A stretch of 64,000 nucleotides of DNA, from the NCBI GenBank assembly GCA_007693455.1, contig REDP01000167.1, positions 16,799 to 80,798 of the forward strand. Reading direction: 5' to 3'. Each line of letters opens with the position of its first letter. Position 1 is the first letter of the stretch. This document shows, piece by piece, positions 35,611 to 44,906 of this stretch. The translations under genes were made by a program, and so were the position numbers. Below the pieces are notes generated by a model that searched no databases, was not told the DNA's origin, and worked only from the letters and a program-made list of their open reading frames with translations. Source of the DNA: Planctomycetota bacterium. GTDB taxonomy: Bacteria; Planctomycetota; UBA11346.

Positions 35611-37611
35611 ATGCCGAGAGGTTTTGGCGGTGGTGGACGCCATCAAGAACACGATCCAGCCGAATTGGCACGGATCAATAAACTTCGCAGTAGTCGTCAG
35701 CGTTTTCGCTACTTCCAAGCACAATGGCGTAAGCCGCGAAGTTCCCAGAACGATGCCGCTGAGTCACCTGCGTCAGCGGGACGAAGTCATTGGCGTCGTG
35801 GTCTAGAGTGGCTGCGACCGCTACGACGCGGCATTATACTCGTTTTTGTTCTAGGCTTCTTCTATACGCTCCTTGATGCAGGCTGGCCTATTCTTATTGG
35901 CTGGATGATCAATGTGGTAGAAGGAGCAGGGGATCAGGTTCCCATCTTGGGTGAAACCTCTGCCCGTCACATGCTTACCGTTATTGGCCTAGTGGCCCTA
36001 GCAACTGTTATTGCTTCCCGTGCCATAGGTTTGCTGCGGGGCGTCATTCTCCATCAGCTCTCCTTGCGTGTGGCCCATCACATCCGCAGCTCCCTCTACG
36101 ACAAGCTCATTCACCTGCCTCTGGCGCGCCTCAATGAGCTCAAGAGTGGCGGCATTGTCGCCCGCCTCTCTAGCGATGTGGATCATACCGCCAATTTGCT
36201 GCAGCAGGCAGTCGTTTCGCCCCTCTCGGCAATTATGCGCCTCCTGGTGGTGGTGAGTATCCTTTTGTTCTATTCATGGCAGTTGACGGTAATTAGCCTG
36301 GGTTTATTGATCGTTTTAGCTTTGATCCACCATCGTGCGGTTGGTCGAATACGGCCTATTTATCGCAGCAGCAGCCGCGATCGCGCATTCATCGACGGGA
36401 GAGTGGCTGAAACTTTTGGTGGCATTCGCGTGGTGCGCAGCTTTGTCCGCGAGACCCGCGAACGTCTCGATTATGGCCTGGGGCATCATACGGTGCTGCG
36501 CAAGCAAATCTGGGCACGATTGCTCCTCAATCTCTATCACTCCTTTTGGGACCTCCTCCTACCAGGGGTTCATCTTACGATTATTTGGGTAGGGGGTCTG
36601 TATGTGCTCGACGGCTCTCTGACCATTGGTGCTATCGTTACCATTCAAGTGCTCTCCTTTCAGGTCATGACTCCAGTGATGCAAATCATTCAGGCCATGA
36701 ACGAGACTCAGCGGGGTATGGCGGCTCTGGACCGAGTGAGTGAGGTACTGGACATGGAAGAGGAACTCCCCGATAGGTCGTCTGCGCAGGAAGCCCCTCG
36801 TCAGGTGACCGAGTTGGCTCTACGCGGTCTTGCCTTTCGTTACCCCCAACGGCGAACTCATCGCGATGATGTAACCCACAATCCTATGGGTGAGCCACAC
36901 CAAGAGCCAGAACAGCATGATCAGTGGGTCCTGCGTGACATTTCCCTGACGATTCCTGGGGGTACGGTGACCGCTTTGGTCGGTGCAAGTGGTGCTGGAA
37001 AAAGTACCTTAGTGGATCTGATTACGCGCATGATGGATCCCCAAGAAGGCTGTATTATGCTCAATGGGATGGATATTCGCGACCTGCGTTTGCGATCCTA
37101 TCGCAGTCTCCTTGGAGTGGTGTCTCAAGAAATATTTCTTTTTGACGGCACCGTGCGTGACAATATTTCGTATGGCAACCGTGATGCCAGTGATGCTGCT
37201 GTGGAACAAGCCGCTCGCCAGGCTAATGCCTGGGAATTCATCGGCGCGTTACCCGATGGCTTGGACACCTTTATTGGCGAGCGCGGGGTAAAGATGAGTG
37301 GCGGACAGCGCCAGCGCATTGCTATCGCCCGTGCAATTCTTGCCGATCCAGCCATACTGATTCTTGATGAGGCCACCAGCAATCTTGACAGCGAAAACGA
37401 ACAGTTGATCCAGGAGAGCCTCAGTCACCTCATGCTGCATCGCACAACGATCGTGGTCGCCCATCGCCTAGCAACCATACGAAACGCCGATCAGATTGTC
37501 GTTTTGGCGCAGGGTGCCATTGCTGCCATGGGCACACATCAAGAGTTGCTGCAACAGGGGCCCGGACACCCTTATTATGACATGGTACAACGTCAAGAGC
37601 TTCTCAGCTAA
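35611..37611 (+). CDS. ABC exporter, fused permease/ATPase (MsbA/ABCB-like)
   Basis: Six-helix TMD followed by Walker A GASGAGKST, signature SGGQRQR and Walker B ILILDEATS. Confidence 0.92.
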   Translation: MPRGFGGGGRHQEHDPAELARINKLRSSRQRFRYFQAQWRKPRSSQNDAAESPASAGRSHWRRGLEWLRPLRRGIILVFVLGFFYTLLDAGWPILIGWMINVVEGAGDQVPILGETSARHMLTVIGLVALATVIASRAIGLLRGVILHQLSLRVAHHIRSSLYDKLIHLPLARLNELKSGGIVARLSSDVDHTANLLQQAVVSPLSAIMRLLVVVSILLFYSWQLTVISLGLLIVLALIHHRAVGRIRPIYRSSSRDRAFIDGRVAETFGGIRVVRSFVRETRERLDYGLGHHTVLRKQIWARLLLNLYHSFWDLLLPGVHLTIIWVGGLYVLDGSLTIGAIVTIQVLSFQVMTPVMQIIQAMNETQRGMAALDRVSEVLDMEEELPDRSSAQEAPRQVTELALRGLAFRYPQRRTHRDDVTHNPMGEPHQEPEQHDQWVLRDISLTIPGGTVTALVGASGAGKSTLVDLITRMMDPQEGCIMLNGMDIRDLRLRSYRSLLGVVSQEIFLFDGTVRDNISYGNRDASDAAVEQAARQANAWEFIGALPDGLDTFIGERGVKMSGGQRQRIAIARAILADPAILILDEATSNLDSENEQLIQESLSHLMLHRTTIVVAHRLATIRNADQIVVLAQGAIAAMGTHQELLQQGPGHPYYDMVQRQELLS

Positions 37612-37615
37612 GGGC

Positions 37616-37758
37616 CAGGGCGGCGCAAAGCTTGTCCCCGGGATGGCCGATCTCCTGATGAGCCTGCAAAAACGTCCTGAATAGGGAGCTTTTTGCACTA
37701 AAAGCATACTCGCGCGAAGCGGGCTTTCTTTGCCCAAGGTGAGTTTTGAGCGGCCCTG
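37616..37758 (+). mobile_element. MITE-like element, copy E
   Basis: CAGGGCGGCGCAAAGCT left end. 10-bp flanks AGCTAAGGGC / GGCTAAGGGC (9/10). The left flank contains the ABC exporter stop codon TAA. Confidence 0.9.
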
Positions 37759-37932
37759 GGCTAAGGGCTTGGAGACTGTAATTGGAGCCCATATAGGTGC
37801 ATTAGAAATTGTTGCGGTGCGGGACAGCAATGGCAAAGCAGAACCTTGCTGCTATCCCAGGGCACGTTTTGGGACGCCCCTGGCTGCTGTCCCATGGGGC
37901 TCGGGCTATTCAAGGGATTCATGCACGCAGCA

Positions 37933-38646
37933 CTAGGTGTCCAAGGTTTTGGCGCTAATGCCACCATGACGAACGGTCGTTCCCTTAACCAAGAAGATCA
38001 CGTCTTTAGCGATATTGGTCGCCAGATCGCCAATGCGCTCGAGATTTCTGGCAACCGTAATCATACTCACGCCAGCGCTAATCACATCGCCACCTTTACT
38101 CATAGCCTCCTGCACATCAGCAAATACTTTGTCGCAGTTGGCATCAACGGCATCATCGGCCTGACGCACACTGGCAGCAAGTTCAGCATCATTGCGTACA
38201 GTGGCATCCAACGCGCTTTTCACCATGGCTAACACCTGATCAGCCATGTGGTTGAGTGTAGGTTCGGCACTCAAGCTGGCATGGGCACATATCGCTTCGG
38301 CACAGCGGGCGATACTTTTGGCGTGATCTCCCATGCGCTCAAGCTCTTTATTCACTTTGAGCACGGTTATAATGAGGCGAAGGTCCTGGGCTACCGGCTG
38401 GTAGAGGGCGAGAATGCGATGGCACTCATGATCAATATCATTCTCATAGGCATCAATCTTGCGATCACCATTGATGACCGTGGTAACCAAATCAAGACGC
38501 CGATCAGTAATGGCACTAATCGCCAGGCGGGTGGCCTGTTCGACTAGGGCACCCATGGTGAGGAGTTCTTTGCGGATGTGGTCAAGTTCAGAGAAGAATT
38601 GGCTGGTCACCTGTGGCTCCTTGCTGCCGAGTGCGTGATGCATCAT
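37933..38646 (-). CDS. phoU: Phosphate signalling complex protein PhoU
   Basis: Duplicated PhoU repeats with ELERMGDHAKSIA and NLERIGDLATNIAKD. Confidence 0.93.
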   Translation of the reverse strand: MMHHALGSKEPQVTSQFFSELDHIRKELLTMGALVEQATRLAISAITDRRLDLVTTVINGDRKIDAYENDIDHECHRILALYQPVAQDLRLIITVLKVNKELERMGDHAKSIARCAEAICAHASLSAEPTLNHMADQVLAMVKSALDATVRNDAELAASVRQADDAVDANCDKVFADVQEAMSKGGDVISAGVSMITVARNLERIGDLATNIAKDVIFLVKGTTVRHGGISAKTLDT

Positions 38647-38932
38647 GCTATGAGGCTGCAGCCTGGGACGTATGTAAATCTTCGGTTAAGAATTCGCTGC
38701 CCCCAATGTCGCCGTGGGACTACTTCTCTTCGTGGGGTAAGGCTGAGGCAAGCCATCTCATCCTTCTACAATTGATCACCGAGGGAGCTGGCAGCGTTTC
38801 AGGGCTTGCCAGCGCGACATAAGCCTCATATTGCTCCGCTCCTGCGCCAGAGGGTTGGGCCCTCCGTGGTGCTGGACTCCCCTTTTGCGACTCATGACAC
38901 CGCTCGCGGCGGTGCAACCTTCGGAGTGTTTC

Positions 38933-41023
38933 ATGGCCAAGATCCCCATTAAGAAGATGCGTAACTTTGGCATCATCGCCCATATCGACTCAGGTAAAAC
39001 CACGGTGAGCGAGCGGGTGCTCTACTTCACTGGCAAAAGTCATAAGATTGGCGAGGTGCATGAAGGTGCCGCCACCATGGACTGGATGAAGGAAGAGCAG
39101 GAACGCGGAATTACCATTACCGCAGCTGCCACTAGTGTGCAATGGCGCGATTACTTTCTTAACCTCATTGATACTCCAGGACACGTGGATTTCACCGCCG
39201 AGGTAGAGCGCTCCTGTCGGGTGCTTGATGGCGCTGTGGTGGTATTCTGTTCGGTAGGTGGGGTGCAAGCCCAGTCAGAAACGGTGTGGCGCCAAGCCGA
39301 TAAGTATAAGGTTCCACGCTTGGTGTTCGTCAACAAGATGGACCGTACTGGTGCCGACTACTTTAGCGTTGTTGATCAAATTCGCGAGCGCCTCCAAGGC
39401 ACTCCAGTGCCGATCGTTTACCCTGTGGGTGCTGGTGATGATCTCAAGGGCCTCATTGATTTGGTGCACGGCCGTTATGTAACCTTTGAAGGTAAAAACG
39501 GTGAAGAGCAGGTTGAACACCCCATTCCAGCCGAAGAAGAAGAAGAGTTTCAGCGCCTGCGCACCGAAATGATTGAGGCTATCGCCCAAGAAGACGAAAC
39601 CCTCATGGAGAAGTACCTGGAAACCGGTGATCTCACGGTTGATGAAATCAAGGCTGGTATCAAATACGGTGTTGAACACTACCTCTTTCAGCCGGTGCTG
39701 ACCGGTTCGGCGCTCAAAAACATTGGTGTCCAGTTAATGCTGGATGCGGTGGTGGACTATCTGCCCGATCCTGAGTCGGTGCATAATATGAATCAGTTTG
39801 CTATGGACGACATCACTCTGGAAAACCCCATTCCAACCAAGCCCGACCCCGAGGCGCCATTGCGTGCTTTGGTCTTTAAGGTTATGACCACGCCCCATGG
39901 TGAGTTGAGCTTTATTCGCGTATACCAAGGCAGCCTCAAGACGGGCGATCAGGTCTTCTGCCCCAACCAGCAGAAAAAAGAACGCGCTTCTCGCCTGGTT
40001 AAGTTACACGCAATGAACCAAACAGCCGTTGATGAAGTCAGCGCTGGTGACATTTGTGCGGTTGTCGGCTTAAAATTTGCCGCTACCGGCGAAACCCTCG
40101 CACCAGAAAGCAATCAAGCTATTCTGGAAGGCATTACCTTCGCCGAGCCAGTAATCTCCATGGCGATCGAGCCCAGCTCCAACGCCGACAAAGAGAAGCT
40201 GGCAAATGCCTTGGCCAAAGTGGAGCGTGAAGATCCGACCTTTAAGCGTTGGATTGATCCCGAAACGGGGCAGCTGATTATCGCTGGTATGGGTGAGCTG
40301 CACTTGGAAGTGCTGCAACATCGTTTGCTTGATGACTTCAAGGTGGAAGCCGTTGTCGGTAAACCACGGGTAAGCTATCGCGAAAGCATTAGCAAAGAAT
40401 TGCAAGTACGTGGAAAACACGTCAAGCAGACTGGTGGTTCAGGCCAATATGGTGACTGCGTATTGATTGTTCGGCCTATGACTCCTGAAGAAGTTGTGGC
40501 TACGGGCAAAGATTTTATCTTTACCTCCACCATTAAGGGCGGGGTTATTCCCAAGGAATACTTCCCTGCTATCCAGGCTGGCGTGAAGCAAGAACTTGAT
40601 CGTGGCTTTGCTGCTGGTTATCCAGTCATTAACGTGCATGTTACCGTTATTGACGGCAGCACCCACGAAGTGGACTCATCCGAAATGGCTTTCCGTGCTG
40701 CGGGAGCCCTGGCAATGCGTAATGCCTTCCCAGACCTTGGCGTACAAGTACTCGAGCCCTGGATGAAGGTAGAGGCGGAAACCCCTGACGAGTTCACTGG
40801 TCCTGTCATTGGCAGCTTGAACTCCAAGCGCGCTATGATCACCGATACCATTGCTCGTGCTGGTGTGACCATTGTCCGTGGTGAAGTGCCGCTATCGGAG
40901 ATGTTTGGCTATACCACGGAGTTACGTAGTCTCTCCCAAGGCCGTGCCAACTTCTCCATGGAACCTGGCGAGTATAAGCCTGTTCCTAATAGTATGCTGG
41001 AGAAGATCGCCAAGAAGGCCTGA
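38933..41023 (+). CDS. fusA: Elongation factor G (stand-alone copy, not in an rpsL-rpsG-fusA-tuf context)
   Basis: G motifs AHIDSGKTT, DTPGHVDF, NKMD. 696 aa. ATG 38933 lies 6 nt after GGAG. The listed start 38831 adds a non-homologous leader. Confidence 0.93.
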   Translation: MAKIPIKKMRNFGIIAHIDSGKTTVSERVLYFTGKSHKIGEVHEGAATMDWMKEEQERGITITAAATSVQWRDYFLNLIDTPGHVDFTAEVERSCRVLDGAVVVFCSVGGVQAQSETVWRQADKYKVPRLVFVNKMDRTGADYFSVVDQIRERLQGTPVPIVYPVGAGDDLKGLIDLVHGRYVTFEGKNGEEQVEHPIPAEEEEEFQRLRTEMIEAIAQEDETLMEKYLETGDLTVDEIKAGIKYGVEHYLFQPVLTGSALKNIGVQLMLDAVVDYLPDPESVHNMNQFAMDDITLENPIPTKPDPEAPLRALVFKVMTTPHGELSFIRVYQGSLKTGDQVFCPNQQKKERASRLVKLHAMNQTAVDEVSAGDICAVVGLKFAATGETLAPESNQAILEGITFAEPVISMAIEPSSNADKEKLANALAKVEREDPTFKRWIDPETGQLIIAGMGELHLEVLQHRLLDDFKVEAVVGKPRVSYRESISKELQVRGKHVKQTGGSGQYGDCVLIVRPMTPEEVVATGKDFIFTSTIKGGVIPKEYFPAIQAGVKQELDRGFAAGYPVINVHVTVIDGSTHEVDSSEMAFRAAGALAMRNAFPDLGVQVLEPWMKVEAETPDEFTGPVIGSLNSKRAMITDTIARAGVTIVRGEVPLSEMFGYTTELRSLSQGRANFSMEPGEYKPVPNSMLEKIAKKA

Positions 41024-41065
41024 CCTTCGGCTCGTAATCACGCGTGCTAAGACGGTGCAATGACC

Positions 41066-41104
41066 AAGGCCGCCTGGAGATACTCCAGGCGGCCTTGTGT
41101 TTTT
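41066..41104 (+). terminator. Rho-independent terminator after fusA
   Basis: Perfect 13-bp stem AAGGCCGCCTGGA / TCCAGGCGGCCTT with a 5-nt loop, followed by GTGTTTTT. Confidence 0.85.
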
Positions 41105-41134
41105 ACGGTGTACCGAGTGGGCTGTGTATTCCAC

Positions 41135-41278
41135 CAGGGCGGCGCAAAGCTTGCCCCCGGGATCGCTGACCTCCTGATCGGCCTGCAAAAATGACCTGAA
41201 CTAGGGTCATTTTTGCGCTAAAAAGCATGCACCGCGAAGCGGGAATTCCTTACCCAAGGTGAGCTTTGCGCCGCCCTG
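41135..41278 (+). mobile_element. MITE-like element, copy F (best-preserved exemplar)
   Basis: Perfect 17-nt TIR CAGGGCGGCGCAAAGCT / AGCTTTGCGCCGCCCTG. Perfect 10-bp target-site duplication TGTATTCCAC (41125-41134 and 41279-41288). Confidence 0.95.
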
Positions 41279-41371
41279 TGTATTCCACTGGAAATCGTTG
41301 CGATCGACATTATGATCCGATATGATGAGTTGTGAGAATTCCGTTACATCACAGTTAGTGCAGTGGTACCC

Positions 41372-42532
41372 ATGCACGTTCTCATAGTTTCCGACGATGA
41401 GAACTGGATTGAAGACTTTGATGCACTGCTCACGCATCACGGCTATCGCACCACAGCAATGAGTGTGCAGGATATGACTGGACAGGATGATCGTCATCGC
41501 TGGCAGACTCTCGTTTTCGATGGCAATACGGGTTCGCCTGGGCAAATAGCATTGCGTCGTCACGGCGGCTGGCGAGGAGATGCAAAGATACCCGCAGTAG
41601 TCAGTATAGCACTAGACTCACAGCAACGCCAAGGGTGGCTTGAAGCTGGCGCAGATGCCTTTTTGCCTCATGTTATTGATGCTCCCAGTGTACTGGTGAC
41701 ATTGGCGCGTTGTCAGGAAATGGTCACTTTATATCAGCAAAGCGAAGCAACGACCCAGCGCCTCCGTATTCTTCGCTCGCAGCTACAAGAAAATCTTTAT
41801 TCAGCATCTCTCGTGCAGCGAGACCTCTTACCCGACCCGCAATTTTCTTTTCCTGGATTATCCATCGCATGGTTTATTGAATCATGTGAAGACTTAGGCG
41901 GCGATTTAGTCTCATTACTGCCCCTTGATGAACATCGTTTGGCCTTTGCTGTTATTGATGTGGCAGGACACGGCGCCAAGGCAGCGATTTTGGGGGTGCA
42001 AATATCGCGACGTTTTCGCTCGAGTGCCTCACCATGGGATTCAGGCATCAACCCCGATATTCTCAGCGTACCGCAGCGCCTTGCCGAACTCTTTAATCAT
42101 GAATTCCCCATGGACTATCGCAGTCTGCAATTTTTTACCATGTGTTATGGGGTTATAGATGCACGTACTGGCATATGCCAGTATGTTGGCTGTGGCCATC
42201 CCGCCCCATTGTTGGTGGGGCAACAGGGAAGCGTGCGAGAGCTACCCTCCTTGGGCCACCCCATAGGCATTCTGCCACACACCACGGCCGTGTTTCAGCA
42301 ACAAGAAGTCCAGTTGCAGCCAGGTGAAAGTCTGGTGTTCTATAGTGATGGCTTGTCAGAAGCCCTTAATGCTCAGGGTGATATTCTTGATGTGGAAGGT
42401 ATTAGCGCAGCGTTACGCACTGCCTCCCCTGATGCTCGCAGCCAAATTGCAGCCCTGCAAGAGGCGGCGCGCACATGGCGTGAGTGTAATGCCGTAAGTG
42501 ATGATAGCACCGCACTGGTAATCTCACGCTAA
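41372..42532 (+). CDS. Receiver-domain protein fused to a PP2C/SpoIIE-type serine phosphatase (RsbU-like)
   Basis: N-terminal CheY-like fold (HVLIVSDDE, LVFDG); the conserved Lys position reads LPH, so it may be atypical. C-terminal SpoIIE motifs GGDLVSLLPL and AVIDVAGHGAKAA. Confidence 0.85.
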   Translation: MHVLIVSDDENWIEDFDALLTHHGYRTTAMSVQDMTGQDDRHRWQTLVFDGNTGSPGQIALRRHGGWRGDAKIPAVVSIALDSQQRQGWLEAGADAFLPHVIDAPSVLVTLARCQEMVTLYQQSEATTQRLRILRSQLQENLYSASLVQRDLLPDPQFSFPGLSIAWFIESCEDLGGDLVSLLPLDEHRLAFAVIDVAGHGAKAAILGVQISRRFRSSASPWDSGINPDILSVPQRLAELFNHEFPMDYRSLQFFTMCYGVIDARTGICQYVGCGHPAPLLVGQQGSVRELPSLGHPIGILPHTTAVFQQQEVQLQPGESLVFYSDGLSEALNAQGDILDVEGISAALRTASPDARSQIAALQEAARTWRECNAVSDDSTALVISR

Positions 42533-43036
42533 AGGCGAATCCTGCTTTAAACTGCGTTGGAAATAGACCGTGTCGATATTGCGGTCGAATTTTCGACCAC
42601 TGCGTTGTATGGTTCCACAGTAGCAGAAGCCCAGACGCTGATGCAGGCGTTGGGATGCTGGGTTGGGGGCGGCAATAACCGCCACAGCCTCATGAAACTG
42701 GCGCAGGCAGGCATGTTCAAGGAGCGCTTGGTAGAGCATGGATCCCCAACCCTTACCGTGGACATGGAGATCAAGATAGATACTGGTTTCAACCACATGG
42801 TCATAGGCGGCGCGGTTGCGAAAACGACCGTAAGAGGCAAAGCCTACAGGAGTATCATCGCTGCAGAGCACTAAGAAACCGTGATCGCGCTGTATATCGT
42901 GGATGCGCGCAGTCATGTCCTCACGGTTAAGGGGAGTGACATCAAACGTATGACAACTGTGCAAGACATAGTAATTATAGATGTCACACAGAGCGCTGCT
43001 GTCTGCATCCACTGCATCACGAATCAATGCTGTCAT
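42524..43036 (-). CDS. GNAT N-acetyltransferase (phosphinothricin/MnaT-like)
   Basis: About 170 aa with PAT-family features (IYNYYV..., HGKGWGSMLYQALL, NPASQRLHQRLGF). The start ATG overlaps the SulP stop (ATGA). Confidence 0.85.
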   Translation of the reverse strand: MTALIRDAVDADSSALCDIYNYYVLHSCHTFDVTPLNREDMTARIHDIQRDHGFLVLCSDDTPVGFASYGRFRNRAAYDHVVETSIYLDLHVHGKGWGSMLYQALLEHACLRQFHEAVAVIAAPNPASQRLHQRLGFCYCGTIQRSGRKFDRNIDTVYFQRSLKQDSPLA

Positions 43037-44811
43037 AGGGGGCCCGCGTAGACTCGTAGGGGGCAAGCCTCGAAATGCTGCAAGTCGAGATATTCATGGG
43101 CAGCGTTAATCGCTTGATCCTCATCGGCAATCAAGCGCTGCGATCCGTAAGTATCAACCCATCCCCCATTATACAGAGCATCACGGAGGTTTTTCTTTGC
43201 GCCACAGATAAACAGCGGAATACCCTGATCATGCAAGCGTTCACTTATCTGACGAAGGCTTTCTTCCCCTGAGGCATCAATGGAGTTGATACCGTTGGCA
43301 AAAAGGATGACCACTTTGAGTGATGGCTGATCTGAGAGGGCATGACTAATGGAATCCTCAAAGTGACTGGTATTGGCAAAATACAAACGGCCATCCATAC
43401 GTAAGGCTAGAATATAGGGCGAGGTGGGAAGCTTATTCACCTGGGCATCTTTGAGTGTGCCATCGGGGTGCCGTGCGAGAATAGCGATATGCGGACGCAC
43501 GGTGCGGGCAAGATAGAGCACCATAGCCAAAGCAACGCCAGTCAAAATACCAATTTCTAAATGTGGGGCCGCTGCCAGAGTTACCACAAAGGTCACCACA
43601 GCAACCAGAGCATCGGAGGGAGAAACTCGCCAGGCATGGCGCACCGGAGCTATTTTAATCAGGGATGCCACAGCCATAAAAATCACTGCCGCCAGCACTG
43701 CTTCGGGAATATGCCACAGGAGCGGGGTGAAAAACAGCAGGGTTGCCGCCACCATGATAGCCGCCACGACCGAAGAAAAGCCCGTACGGGCTCCATTGCT
43801 AAAGTTGACTGCCGAACGTGAGTAGCTCCCAGAACATGGGTAGCTTTGGGAGAATGCGCCGGCAATATTGGCTAATCCTTGTCCTATAAGCTCTTGATTG
43901 GCGTCTATGCGTTGGCGACTACTGAGTGCCATGGCCTTGGCGATGGCGACTGCCTCGACAAAGCCGACCAGGGCAATAACTAGCAACGGACCCCATAGAC
44001 TCAGCAGAATATGCCAGTCAAAGCTTGGCATGGCCACATTCGGCAAGCCATCGGGAACGGCTCCTACCACGCGGCCGGTGCTCTCGCCGTCACTCAGGCG
44101 TGCGGTGGCAGAATGCTGATCAAAGTCAATGAGCCAGGAAGCTATGGTGGCCACTGCCACGGCGATCAAGACCGCAGGCAGACGTGGTGCCCAGCGACGC
44201 AAGGCAATCATAATCAGTAGTGCGGACAAGCCCATGGCGATTGCTGGCATATACGCCTGGGAGAGCGCCGTACTTATGGTGCGCCATACGACAACAAGAT
44301 GCAGGCCACTTTTATCAACATCAACGCCAAGGAATTTATCCAATTGCGATGTGGCAATAATGAGCGCTGCAGCATTGGTAAGGCCGAGAAGTACAGGATG
44401 TGAAAGAAAATTGATGATAACCCCGAGTTTGAGCAGGCCCATGCTCAACTGAATGATTCCCGAGGCTAGCGCCAGCATGATCGCTACAGGAATAATGTCG
44501 ATACCTTGAGCCGCTAACGGAGCCAAGGCAGCGCCCGTTAACAGGGAAACCATCGCTACCGGCCCCGTAGACAGCTGCCGAGACGAGCCCCATAAGCATG
44601 CCACAAGGGGCGGAAGCAAGGCAGCGTAGAGTCCGTAATAAGGGGGGAGTCCTGCCAGCTGAGCGTAGGCCATGGATTGTGGGATCAGAACCAACGCCAC
44701 GGTAATTCCCGCCAATACATCGGCTCGCACTACGGCAGTATCGCGCAGTTCGCCAACCCAAAACAGGAAGGGAAAAAGGCGATACAGCAACGGTGGGCGG
44801 GATTGGAACAC
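43033..44811 (-). CDS. SulP-family anion permease with a C-terminal STAS domain
   Basis: N-terminal SulP signature (IPQSMAYAQLAGLPPYYGLYAALLPPLV), polytopic core, STAS-like tail. GTG start. Confidence 0.92.
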   Translation of the reverse strand: MFQSRPPLLYRLFPFLFWVGELRDTAVVRADVLAGITVALVLIPQSMAYAQLAGLPPYYGLYAALLPPLVACLWGSSRQLSTGPVAMVSLLTGAALAPLAAQGIDIIPVAIMLALASGIIQLSMGLLKLGVIINFLSHPVLLGLTNAAALIIATSQLDKFLGVDVDKSGLHLVVVWRTISTALSQAYMPAIAMGLSALLIMIALRRWAPRLPAVLIAVAVATIASWLIDFDQHSATARLSDGESTGRVVGAVPDGLPNVAMPSFDWHILLSLWGPLLVIALVGFVEAVAIAKAMALSSRQRIDANQELIGQGLANIAGAFSQSYPCSGSYSRSAVNFSNGARTGFSSVVAAIMVAATLLFFTPLLWHIPEAVLAAVIFMAVASLIKIAPVRHAWRVSPSDALVAVVTFVVTLAAAPHLEIGILTGVALAMVLYLARTVRPHIAILARHPDGTLKDAQVNKLPTSPYILALRMDGRLYFANTSHFEDSISHALSDQPSLKVVILFANGINSIDASGEESLRQISERLHDQGIPLFICGAKKNLRDALYNGGWVDTYGSQRLIADEDQAINAAHEYLDLQHFEACPLRVYAGPL

Positions 44812-44906
44812 TGGGGGCGATGGTCCTTACAATACGCGGACGTTTACACGAGTCTTCATTCTTATTCTTTCTCAGGCTGCTGCAACGAGTAGCCCAGTCA
44901 TCCTTG

